From: an uncultured delta proteobacterium | GTDB taxonomy: Bacteria > Myxococcota_A > Polyangia > Polyangiales > JAFGIB01 | Direction of reading: 5' to 3' | Length of the DNA stretch: 64,000 nucleotides | NCBI GenBank assembly: GCA_963778655.1 | Contig: CAVZVA010000003.1 | Coordinates: 1-64,000, forward strand | The notes under the pieces: generated by a model | The model's input: only the letters and a program-made list of their open reading frames with translations | Database searches by the model: none | Told to the model about the DNA's origin: nothing | Position numbers and translations under genes: made by a program | Shown here: one piece after another, positions 9,888 to 19,800 of the stretch | Position numbering within the stretch: position 1 is the stretch's first letter | Layout of the letters: each line of letters starts with the position of its first letter

Positions 9888-11917
9888 ACCCCGAGCCCCC
9901 CGAGCGGTCCCTCGCCGCCGAAGCCACCGGGCGCGCGCGCGCCGCCGAGAAGGCCGCGCATGCGCTCGGCCGCGGCCGCAGGCCGGCCCGGCTGCGGGCG
10001 TCGCGCGCGCGTGGGCTCGCTTTCGCCGTGCGCCAGCACCGCGGCGTAGCGCGGCTCGCTGCGCATCAGCTCTTCGTGGGTGCCGCTGGCCACCATCTTG
10101 CCGTCCTCCATCAGCAGCACGCGATTGGCCAGGCGCAGCGTGGACTCGCGGTGCGCGACCACCAGCGTGGTGCGGCTGTGCAACAGGTGCTCGAGCGCGT
10201 CGAGGATCTGCGCCTCGACCTGCACGTCGATCGCGCTGGTGGCGTCGTCCAGCACCAGGATCGGCGGGTTGGTCAGGAACAGTCGCGCCAGCGCGATGCG
10301 CTGGCGCTGGCCGCCGGAAAGCGTGTAGCCGCGCTCACCCACCACGGTGTCGTAGCCGTGCTCGAGCGCGCTGATAAACTCGTGCGCCTGCGCGGCCTGC
10401 GCCGCGGCGATCACCTCCTGCTGCGAGGCCTGCGGGCGGCCATAGGCGATGTTGTCGCGCACCGACATCGAGAACAGAAACGGCTCGTCGAGCGCGAGCC
10501 CGATGCGCGCGCGCAGGCTGGCAACGGTTAGGTCGCGCACGTCGTGGCCGTCGATCAGCACCGCGCCCGACTCGACGTCGTAGAAGCGAGGCAACAGCCG
10601 CGCCACCGTGCTCTTACCGCAGCCGGTGCGTCCCACCAGCGCGACCGTCTCACCGGGCTCGATCTCGAGCGAGAAGCCGTCGAGCACCTTGCGCCCGCCG
10701 CCGTAGCCGAAGCTCACGTCGCGCAGCTCGATGCGGCCTGCAGGCGGCGGCAGCGGCTGCGCGCCGGGCTTGTCGGCGATGCTCACCGGCTCGTCGAGAA
10801 TCTCGAAGATGCGCGCGGCCGAGGCCTCGGCGCGCTGGCTCATCGCCAGGAAGAAGCCGAGCACGCGGAACGGCGCCTGCAGCATGATCATGTAGGTGTT
10901 GAAGGTGACCAGCGTGCCGATGCCCTCGATGCGCCCCTGCAGCACGAGCCAGCCGCCGTAGAGCAACACGAACGCCGGGCCGAGACGGGCGATGTTCTCC
11001 ATCACCGGCGCGTGGCGGGCACGCGTATCGACCAACTCGCAAGCGGCCCACAGCACACGCTGCGCGACCCGGCCGAGCGCGCCGATCTGGCGCTTCTCGG
11101 CGGCGAACGACTTCACCACCCGCACGCCCTGGATGCTCTCGTCGACCACGGTGGCGAGATCCGCCAGCCGCGACTGGACCATCCACGAGAGCGGAAACAT
11201 CTCGCGACGCATGTGCACGCCCACCGCGAAGATGCCGGGCAGCGCGAACACCGCGGCCAACGTGAGACCGACGTGGACCGAGAGCATGAACGAGAGCGCG
11301 AGCGCGAAGCTGAGCCAGGACACGACCATCATCGGCGCGAAGGTGAGCAGCATCTGCACCGAGCGGATGTCGCTGTTGGCGCGCGAGATGATCTGGCCCG
11401 ATTGCACGCGGTCGTAGAACGAGAACGGCAGTCGGATCAGGTGCTCGTAGATCAGCGTGCGCAGATCGATCTCGATGCGATAGGCGACGCGGTACAGCGC
11501 GTAGCGGTAGTAGCCGGAGGAGAGCGCGCGCAGCACGCCGAGCGCGAGCAGGGCCAGTAGGTAGGCTTCGAGCGTGAGCCGCCCGGCTTCGTGGGCCGCG
11601 GCCAGCCCGCAGCGCGCGGCCAGCGCAGAGAGCCAGCCGCGCACCAGCGAGGGGCGCAGCGCGCCGCCGGCCAGGGCGTCGTTGATGGCGAGCCCGAGCA
11701 CCGCCGGAGCGGCCACCGAGGCGAGCATGCTGACCAGCGAGGCGGCGACCGCGGAGCCCAGCTGCAGCGGATGCGCCAACACCACCGGACGCAGGCGGCC
11801 AAACCAGCCGCGGCTGGGGTCCGGATCGAGGCCGGCAGAGGGAGGCGGGTAGCGCGGCGTCTCGGCTACCGGCTCGAAGGTCGCCCCGGCCGCCTCGGGC
11901 GGGGAGGCGAGCTGCAT
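9884..11917 (-). CDS. ABC exporter, fused TMD-NBD (heterodimer partner 1)
   Basis: GRTGCGKST, LSGGQRQ and a degenerate Walker B LVLDDATS; 4-bp overlap with the partner gene. Confidence 0.92.
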   Translation of the reverse strand: MQLASPPEAAGATFEPVAETPRYPPPSAGLDPDPSRGWFGRLRPVVLAHPLQLGSAVAASLVSMLASVAAPAVLGLAINDALAGGALRPSLVRGWLSALAARCGLAAAHEAGRLTLEAYLLALLALGVLRALSSGYYRYALYRVAYRIEIDLRTLIYEHLIRLPFSFYDRVQSGQIISRANSDIRSVQMLLTFAPMMVVSWLSFALALSFMLSVHVGLTLAAVFALPGIFAVGVHMRREMFPLSWMVQSRLADLATVVDESIQGVRVVKSFAAEKRQIGALGRVAQRVLWAACELVDTRARHAPVMENIARLGPAFVLLYGGWLVLQGRIEGIGTLVTFNTYMIMLQAPFRVLGFFLAMSQRAEASAARIFEILDEPVSIADKPGAQPLPPPAGRIELRDVSFGYGGGRKVLDGFSLEIEPGETVALVGRTGCGKSTVARLLPRFYDVESGAVLIDGHDVRDLTVASLRARIGLALDEPFLFSMSVRDNIAYGRPQASQQEVIAAAQAAQAHEFISALEHGYDTVVGERGYTLSGGQRQRIALARLFLTNPPILVLDDATSAIDVQVEAQILDALEHLLHSRTTLVVAHRESTLRLANRVLLMEDGKMVASGTHEELMRSEPRYAAVLAHGESEPTRARRPQPGRPAAAAERMRGLLGGARAPGGFGGEGPLGGLGV

Positions 11918-12033
11918 CGGCCCACGTTACCCGGACCGCGGCCCCCTGGCTAGTCCCACTAACGCAGTTGATTCAGACGGCGGGAGCCCATCCCGCCTGC
12001 CATCGTCCTGCCCGGCCTGACGCCGTCCCGGAT

Positions 12034-12163
12034 CAACAGGAAGACAGGAAGGCTTGGGATTTGGCTCGGCCCGGACGCCGCCCCGGATCAAGGGAAGACA
12101 CGGGGCTTCGCAGGCATCGCCGAAGCCCGCTTGAGCGCTCTTCGCGTCTTCCCGGCTTCCTGT
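12034..12163. repeat. REP-like imperfect palindromic element, copy 1
   Basis: Arms CAACAGGAAGACAGGAAGGC (12034-12053) and CGTCTTCCCGGCTTCCTGT (12145-12163); both recur exactly at 21378-21444. Confidence 0.8.
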
Positions 12164-12182
12164 CTCTTGCTCCGAGAGCAGC

Positions 12183-15100
12183 TCAGCCGGTGTAGAGATA
12201 GGTGCTGATGCCGTAGGTGCGCTCGAGCTCGATCAGGTAGTTGATGAAGGTCTCCTCGCGCTCGAGGCCGAGCTTGTCCGAGGTGAGCTCGGCTTGCTCG
12301 TCGGCGGTGGGATCGGTCTTGGCGCTGAGCTCGCGCACGCGGTCCTGCTTCTGGCGCAGCCGCAGCAGGATCTGGAAGCCGAGCTGCTGCTCGTCAATGC
12401 CGCGCTGCGGGTCGGGCTGGATCACCACCGCCACGAACGTGGTCTGCAGGCGGTCGGAGTCGTAGGTGATGTAGTCGGGATTGGTGCAGCCGGCGTCGTC
12501 GTAGCCGCAGGTCGGGCTGCCGTCGTTGTGGGTGGTGGGGATCTTGTAGCCGTCCCCGCTGCCGCTGCGGAACACCAGCAGGCGCTGCTCGAACGAGGTG
12601 TCGTAGAAGATCGGGAACTCCGCCAGCGCCTGGATCGCAGCAGCGTCGCGCAGCACCTCGGTGTTGCTGCCGTCGATCGGCGGGTCGGGATAGGTCTCTT
12701 CGTTGCTGCCGCGATCGGCCGAGCGGTAGAAGCTCAGGTAGTGGGTGATCGGCTGGCCCGAGCCGTCGAAGGTCACGCGCGGCGCGTAGGCCTTGGGGTT
12801 GCCCAGGATCAGGCCACCGAACAGGTCGATGATCTCTTTGTCGAACAGGTCGTAGAAGTTGATGTAGTAGCGCTCGTCGATGGTGTACGAGAGCCCCCAG
12901 TCCCGGCGCGCGAGCGCCTCGATCGCCAGCAGCTTGTCGAGGAAGGTGCCCGCACGCTCCAACCGTGAGAAGCCGTTCTGCCCGGTCTGGTAGGCGCTCC
13001 ACAGGTAGAAGCCCTGGCCGGGCCCGAGGCTCAAGTCGGCGCCTGCCTGGCTCGGGTCGGTGCTGACCTGGTGGTAGGTGCCATCGGTCGCATCGTAGTC
13101 GTACGAGCCCACGTCGGGCGCGGAGATCAGCTCGCCCAGCCAGTTCATCACGTCGGCCGAGGCGAACAGTTGGTCGGCGTAGCCGAGCGCGCCGGTGCTG
13201 TTACGAAACGCGGCGCCTTCGTAGTTGTAGCGGAAGAACAGGTGCTGGTAGATCTTGACGGCGCTGACGACGTTGCTCTGCGAGGCGCCGCGCGACGGGC
13301 CCGAGGCGCGGTAGTTTCGGAAGTACGCTTGGGGGTAGCGTTGCAGCCAGCTCAGGCGGTAGTGGTCCACCACCTCCTGAAACGACTCGCCCGCGTCGAA
13401 CTGCGTGCACCACGACAGGTCATTGATGCGGTTGTCGTGACAGTACAGGTAGTCGACCGGCGCGTACTCCGGGGGGCTGGAGCTGGAGCGGTACGCCGCA
13501 GCCGAGCGATAGGCCTGAAAGTCGTCGAAGAAGCTCGAGCAGACGCAGCCGCCGCCGCCGCAGTCGCCGCTGGTATTGGGCGCCCGCGGGTTGCTGACGC
13601 AGCGCTGCGTGATCGGTTGGAAGATGGTGGTCTCGCGCCCAGCGCTGCCCGGGCAGTCCGCGTCGCTGCTGCAGCTATCGCCGCCGCGATAGTAGGTCCA
13701 CAGATCGCGCCGGTAGCTGTCGGCGAAATCGATACCTTGCAGCGAGGTCGGCTCGGTCGCGCTGCTGGATAGCTGCGGGTCCACGCTGGGATCGGGCGTG
13801 TCGTAGGCCTCGACCTTGCCGAAGTAGCTGAACATCGCCGCGGCCGCATCGTAGCGCCCGATGCCCGAGAAATTGGAGAGGTCGCCCTCGTAGTCCATGA
13901 TCGACGCGGTCATCACGTTGCCCGCACCCCGCTGCAGCCGCTGCTGCCGCACGCTGCGCAGGTCGTCGGCCCAGCGCTGCGCCTCCGCACCGGTGACCGC
14001 GCCGTCGCCGTTGCCGCCGTTGGCGGGGTCGTCGTAGTCGAGGTAGGCCGGCAGCGGCAGGTCGCGCGCGATCGAGAAGTACGCGTCGTGGTAGTTGTTG
14101 CGGTCGAGGCTGCCGGCAAAGTTGTGGCGCAAACCGAGCGCGTGGCCCATCTCATGCGCCATCACGTTCTGGAAGTAGAGCTGCTGCATACGCAGCGAAG
14201 CCTCGGCGTTGGAGTAGCCCTTGAACGCGTCGGCCCAGTACTGCCAGTACTGCGAGTTGTAGAGCGATGCGGAGAAGTCATCCATGTTGCGCGTCGCCAT
14301 CACCTGCCGGCGCGTGTTCTCCTTGAGCACCTGGTCGAGCGGGGTGTGCTGGACGTACGAAATCGGTGCGGGCGACGAGGAGGAGGAGGCGGAGGCGGAC
14401 GCGCTGCTGCTGCTCGACGCCGGCTGGCCCGTGAGCGCGGCCGCCTGCGGCGCGACGTCGGCGTCTATCACTGCGTCGATGCGCGCGGCGATGTCGGTGC
14501 CGCTGAGCGATTGCAGCCGGTCGGAGAAGATCGCGGTGCGGCCGTCCTGGCCGTGAAGCTGCTCCATCTTGGGCTCGAGCTGCTGCATGCGGGCGCTCAG
14601 GTCCTTGAGCACGTCGATCTGCGAGCTCGAGGGCCGGCTGCGGTCGGTCACCGAGAAGCCGTCGCTGCCCGATGCGGCGACGGAGACCGGCTGCACCACG
14701 CGGCCCAGGCGTGCGTAGTAGCCGCGCAGGGTCTCGCCGCTGAAGTACTGGTCCTCGGGGGTCTCGCCGCGCAGCACGGGAAAGAACTGCGAGGCGGTGG
14801 TTCCGATGCTCTCGATGCTCTCGGCCGCGGCCGACGCGTTGCTGACGATCAGCTCGCCGGTGGTCGGATCGCTGAGCGGCTGCGTGACTCCGCCGAAGGT
14901 CACCCCGCCGTGCTGCACGTGGGTGAGGAACTGGTAGCGCAGGTCACCCAGCTCCTGGCACTTGGCCGAGGGTTGAAGGTCGCAGCTGTTGGCCTTCAGC
15001 GTCAGCAAGCACTCGCTGCCGACGAACTTGTAGCCGTACGCCTTGGCCGGATCGTACTCGGCGTAGTCCGCCGGATGCGCGACGTCGTCGGGGCCCTGCA

Positions 15101-16835
15101 CGTAGCAGTCGTAGGGGTTGGGCACGCCCCGATCCTTGGCCGCCTCGGGGGATTCGAACGGATCGTAGGCGCGGTAGCAGGTACCGCCTTGGTCCTCGGG
15201 CGAGCCGCAATAGCAGAACTCCGCCGGGTTGTCCTTCTGGCAGCGTACGCCGGCGTCGCGCGATAGATTGACGGTGCACAGACCGTCGCCCAACACCTGG
15301 CTCGGATCCTCCTGGGCCTTCTCCTGATCCGGCGTGCAATCGACCTGATCGATCGGCAGCCGCCCGCGGACCGCGCGCTCGCCCCGCATCAGCGCCTCGT
15401 TCCATTCGGCGACCGCCGCGAACGCCTGGCGCACCAGGTAAGGTGGAAAATGCGGGCTCAGGCGGTACTCGATCGGACGCGGCGTGCGCTCGCGCAGTGG
15501 GATCGTGCACTTCTGCGCGGCCGGATCGCACACCGAGCCCGACTTGGCGCGCAGGGCCTTTTCGCAGGCCGCCCGCTTGGCGTCGTCCTGGACGTCGTCG
15601 CACGACTCGTGGCGCCCGTCGCACTCCCAGTCGGCGACGCAAGACCTGCTCTCGTCGAGCGACTGCTCGTACAGATTCTGGCGCGACATGTAGAACGACA
15701 GGAAATCGGTCTCGCCCTTGTCTGCGGTGAGCCCGCCGACGCAGATGTTGCGCTCGGTGTCGCAGGCGCCGCCGTCCCCGCACTGCGAGTCGTCGGTGCA
15801 GAACTCGTGCAAGGTGGACACGTCGGTGCCGCCGCGCGCGTAGGTGACCTGGTGCGAGCGAAAGATCCCGAAATGATCGAACTCCGGGTTGCTCATGCTC
15901 GAGACCGCGTACTGGTGGTCGGGCGGCACGCGTAAGAACGAATTGCGCATCGTCACCGAGGCGGACGCGCAGGTGCCGCCGCTGGTCAGACAGGTGTCTT
16001 CGGGTGACCAGACCTCCTTGGTCACGAAGCTCATGTAGTGGACAGTGTCGCCCTGATCCGCCGGCCACTCCTTGGAGAAACGGTAGCTGGGATCGTTGCG
16101 CAGGCGTACGAACTGAGGCTGGTACGACTCCGGATAGCCGGGCGCACCTTCCTGGACGAAGAACGACACCGGCTCGCGCTTGAAGGTGGTGAACAGCTGA
16201 TTGGCCTGCGCGTCGTTGGCCACGAAGTCCGTGATCAGATTCTCGGACCAGTCCACGCGCATGAACTGCCGCTCGTACCACTTGCGATCGGTGGTGTTCT
16301 CCACCGTGACGTTGGTCGTCTCGCCGGTGAGGGCGTTGTAGTCCCTGCGCACGTCGACGTGATCCAGGATCTTGAACACCGCCAGCGGCTCACCGCGGTA
16401 GTCGGGCGAGCGGCCGCCGGCGCTGCCGCCCTGGACCAGCTCGTACGAACGGTACGCGAATAGGTAGTTCTCGTCGATCACCCAGCGGATGCGGGCAATC
16501 GGAAACGAGTAGGTCGGCGAGCCCAGCACGTACGGCCCCCCGCGGTTGAAGTCCAACCCGTAGTCAGTCGACATCGAGCCCTCGAAGGGCGCAAACGCGC
16601 TGGCCGAGTTGAAGATCGCGGCCTCGTCGTAGCTGACGTCGATCGCAGTGCTCGAGTACCACCACTCCCCGGCGAAGATCGATTTGTCGACCAGATTGGT
16701 CTGGACGCGATTGATCAGCCCGGGCTTCGACACGCACGAGCCCAGCGCGGTGCCCAGCAGCAGGCACACCCCCGCGCACAGGATTCGTCTACGAATCCCG
16801 CGTGTCGGCATGCCCATCTGGCGCTGTGTCTTCAT
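12183..16835 (-). CDS. Giant zinc-dependent metalloprotease lipoprotein (metzincin, EcxA/DUF4953-like)
   Basis: Lipobox LGSC; HEMGHALGLRHNF zinc motif; Met-turn-like ASIMDY; Cys-rich inserts; 1550 aa. Confidence 0.85.
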   Translation of the reverse strand: MKTQRQMGMPTRGIRRRILCAGVCLLLGTALGSCVSKPGLINRVQTNLVDKSIFAGEWWYSSTAIDVSYDEAAIFNSASAFAPFEGSMSTDYGLDFNRGGPYVLGSPTYSFPIARIRWVIDENYLFAYRSYELVQGGSAGGRSPDYRGEPLAVFKILDHVDVRRDYNALTGETTNVTVENTTDRKWYERQFMRVDWSENLITDFVANDAQANQLFTTFKREPVSFFVQEGAPGYPESYQPQFVRLRNDPSYRFSKEWPADQGDTVHYMSFVTKEVWSPEDTCLTSGGTCASASVTMRNSFLRVPPDHQYAVSSMSNPEFDHFGIFRSHQVTYARGGTDVSTLHEFCTDDSQCGDGGACDTERNICVGGLTADKGETDFLSFYMSRQNLYEQSLDESRSCVADWECDGRHESCDDVQDDAKRAACEKALRAKSGSVCDPAAQKCTIPLRERTPRPIEYRLSPHFPPYLVRQAFAAVAEWNEALMRGERAVRGRLPIDQVDCTPDQEKAQEDPSQVLGDGLCTVNLSRDAGVRCQKDNPAEFCYCGSPEDQGGTCYRAYDPFESPEAAKDRGVPNPYDCYVQGPDDVAHPADYAEYDPAKAYGYKFVGSECLLTLKANSCDLQPSAKCQELGDLRYQFLTHVQHGGVTFGGVTQPLSDPTTGELIVSNASAAAESIESIGTTASQFFPVLRGETPEDQYFSGETLRGYYARLGRVVQPVSVAASGSDGFSVTDRSRPSSSQIDVLKDLSARMQQLEPKMEQLHGQDGRTAIFSDRLQSLSGTDIAARIDAVIDADVAPQAAALTGQPASSSSSASASASSSSSPAPISYVQHTPLDQVLKENTRRQVMATRNMDDFSASLYNSQYWQYWADAFKGYSNAEASLRMQQLYFQNVMAHEMGHALGLRHNFAGSLDRNNYHDAYFSIARDLPLPAYLDYDDPANGGNGDGAVTGAEAQRWADDLRSVRQQRLQRGAGNVMTASIMDYEGDLSNFSGIGRYDAAAAMFSYFGKVEAYDTPDPSVDPQLSSSATEPTSLQGIDFADSYRRDLWTYYRGGDSCSSDADCPGSAGRETTIFQPITQRCVSNPRAPNTSGDCGGGGCVCSSFFDDFQAYRSAAAYRSSSSPPEYAPVDYLYCHDNRINDLSWCTQFDAGESFQEVVDHYRLSWLQRYPQAYFRNYRASGPSRGASQSNVVSAVKIYQHLFFRYNYEGAAFRNSTGALGYADQLFASADVMNWLGELISAPDVGSYDYDATDGTYHQVSTDPSQAGADLSLGPGQGFYLWSAYQTGQNGFSRLERAGTFLDKLLAIEALARRDWGLSYTIDERYYINFYDLFDKEIIDLFGGLILGNPKAYAPRVTFDGSGQPITHYLSFYRSADRGSNEETYPDPPIDGSNTEVLRDAAAIQALAEFPIFYDTSFEQRLLVFRSGSGDGYKIPTTHNDGSPTCGYDDAGCTNPDYITYDSDRLQTTFVAVVIQPDPQRGIDEQQLGFQILLRLRQKQDRVRELSAKTDPTADEQAELTSDKLGLEREETFINYLIELERTYGISTYLYTG

Positions 16836-16839
16836 CGGC

Positions 16840-19800
16840 TCACCGGAAGTACGAGAAGCTCTGAATCCCGTAGTCCCTCTGCAGCTGGATCATCTCGTTG
16901 AAGAACGATTCGAGGTCGACGATGCGGTTGTCGATACGCGTGATCTCGGCCTCGATCCCGGGCGGGGAGGTGGGCGGGTCGTAGCCCACGGCCGCGAGCG
17001 CGTCGCGGTCGCTCTGGGCGAGCTGGTCGATCGAATAGGCGGGCTTGGTGTCTCGCAGCTTGGTTAGCACCGCGAGCGTGGTGTTGAGGTCGCGCGCCTC
17101 CTTGACCATGGCGAATCCGGTCGAGGTCTGCGCGGCGGCCCCGACCCCCGGAGCGACCTGGTAGGCCAGAAACGACTTGTTGTAACGGTCGCTGGTGTAA
17201 CGCACGTAGTCCTGGCCTTCGACCGCCGACGGGTCGGGCGTGAAGCAATCGGCTTGCCCCTCGACGCAGATGAAGAGCTGATTCTGGAAGCTGGTGTCGA
17301 AGAACACCGGGAAGTCGCGCAAGCCGAACGATGCGGCGTAGATCTGCAGAGAGAGGCTGCCACCGCCGTCCAGCACCGGCAGCCCGGCGTAGGTCACGGT
17401 CGCCGGATCGGGGCGGCAGGTCGAGGGTTGCGAGCAGTCGCCCCGGTAGAAGTCCATGTACTGCACGCGGGGCTGCTGGCACTTCGGGAAGACCGCCCCC
17501 GGCTCGCACTCGATGCGCGGCATGTAGGCGTCGGGGAAGCCGCGGATCATGCCGTTGAAGATCTGCTGCATCTCGTTGGGAAAGAGGTCGTAGAAATTGG
17601 CGTAGAAGGCCACGTCGCGGGTGTAGTTGGCCTGCGAGCCGCGCGCAGTCAGCAGCTGGATCACCCAGACCTTGTCGAAGAAGCTGCCGACGCGCTCGAT
17701 GCGCTCGATCCCGCTCAGGCCGGTCTGGTAGTCGGAGCTGAAATAGCGGCCGAGCCCGAACGGGACCGCGAGATCTGCCGCTTGCGCGCTCGGGTCGGTG
17801 AAGCCGCGGACGTAGGTGCCGGTCTGCGGATCGTAGACGTAGCCGCCGATGTTCGGCTGCGCCAGGATGCGCGCGTAGAAGTTCAGGATGTCGGTGGTGG
17901 CCAGAAACTCGTCGTAGAAGCCGAACGCGCCCGTCTGCTGGCGGAAAGCCGGATCGGACGTGTACTGGAAGATCAGGTTCTGGTAGACGTTCTGCAGCAC
18001 GTCCAGCCGCCGTCCGAGCAACGCGCTCTGGTAGGTCGAGATGTCGAAGCTCTTGCGGTAGCGGCGGAAGGCCGAGAACGGGTACATCCGTTCGTAGTCG
18101 TCCTCGACGTTGCGCACGATGTCGCGGTAGCTGGCGCCCTCGTCGAAGCGATTGCACCAGCCGAGCGTGCTGTCGGCGCGCTCGTCGCTGCAGAAGCGAT
18201 AGGTCAGCGGCTGATAGCGCCCCCCGTCCTGTGCGCTCTGCGCCAGGTCCGCGTCGAAGCTCGAGCACAGCTTGGTGTCCGGCGTGTCCGGGTTCGGCAC
18301 GCAGCGCTGGCTGATGCCCGCCTCCATATTGGTGTCGAGCAGCAAGCTCGAGCGCGAGCCGTCGGCCGAATAGGGACAATCCGCGTCGGTCTCGCACAGC
18401 TCGCCGCCGGCGTAGTTCTTGAACGTCACGCGCGGCGCCGTCGGATCGCTCGAGCCGTCGTAGGCCTCCACCAGATCGCCGTAGCCATTGGCGATCGCCG
18501 CCTTGTCGTAGCTGCCGAGCGGCTGCAGGCGCTCGTACCAGTTCGAGGTGTACTCCATCACCGACGAGCTCATCGCGCCGTCGATGCCGGCGAGCTCGCG
18601 GTCGGCGCGCGCCTTGTCGTAGTCGGCGTCGAAAGCCTGCTGCTCGCTCGCGCTCAGGCCTTCGGTGCCGTCCTTGTCGTAGTCCTTCGGATCGGGCAGT
18701 GGGATGTGCGCCACGATGTCGTAGTACTCGGGCGAATAGTTCTGCCCATCCGCGCTCGCGCCGAAGTCGTGGCGCAGGCCGAAGCAGTGGCCCAGCTCGT
18801 GTAGCTCGGTCTGGCGATAGAGCAGGCGGTTGAGCACGAACTCCAGGCGCGCGCGCGGCCAGTCCAGGTGCTTGTCGACGAACGACTCGACCGAGTGATC
18901 GACGTACTCGTTGGGCAGCTCGACGTTGGCACGCGAGAGCTTGTTCTCGCTGTCGCGGGTGCGCGCCAGCACGTCCTGGATGTCATTACGGAACGGCGAG
19001 ATGCGGTCGAGCATCGCGTCGGTCACCTGCGGATCGTCGCCGGGCTGGATCTGCTGCACGCCCGCCGCCACCAGCGCCTCGGGGCCGGAGTTGAGCTTGC
19101 GCTCGAGGTCGCTGCCAATCAGCTTCTGGCTGCGGTCGCTGAAGATGTTTGCGCGCCCGTCCGGCCCCTGCAGCTGCGAGATGCGCTGCATCGCGAGCTG
19201 CATGCGGTTGTCGATCTCGTTGCGGGCCGCCTGCGTCATCGCGGTGCGGCTATCGGGCGCGACGCTGAAGTCGATGCGCGGCCGTGCCGGCAGGTCGATG
19301 TGGCCGATGTTGCCGAGATAGGTGCGCACGTCGTCGCCGGCGACGATGTCGTTCTCGCTGACCGTGCCGTGCACCAAGTCATAGGTGAGCAGAGCCGAAG
19401 TGCGGAACTGGTCCAGCGCGGGCCCACCGATGTTGGCGTCGCCGGTCAGCACCTCGCCGGTGACGGGGTCGCCGCGCAGGGTGGCGATGCCCAGAAAGCC
19501 CGTACCCGGCTGATCGACGTAGCTCAGGAACTTGAAGCGCAGGTCGCCGCGCTCCTGGCAATTGAGCCCGTCGGCGGTGCCCCCGTTTGCCGCGATCGAG
19601 CGCTTGTTGCAGCTGTTGACGCGCAGCACGCTGACGCACTCGCTGCCGCTGAAGTGCGCGTCGAACCAGCCGTTGAAGTCCTGGTCGGCGAGCTTCGGGT
19701 CATTGAGGTCAGGCTCGGCGTGCGAAGGCACCGCCACATAGCAGTCGTAGGGATTCTGAACCCCCGGACCGTAGTCGTCGCGCGTCTTGAAGGGGTCGTA

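Noticed and set aside
7935..11917. ABC pair as the exporter for the giant proteases or the peptide
   Set aside because: It looks like an ordinary heterodimeric multidrug-type exporter with no C39 domain or adaptor, and the proteases have lipoprotein signal peptides.
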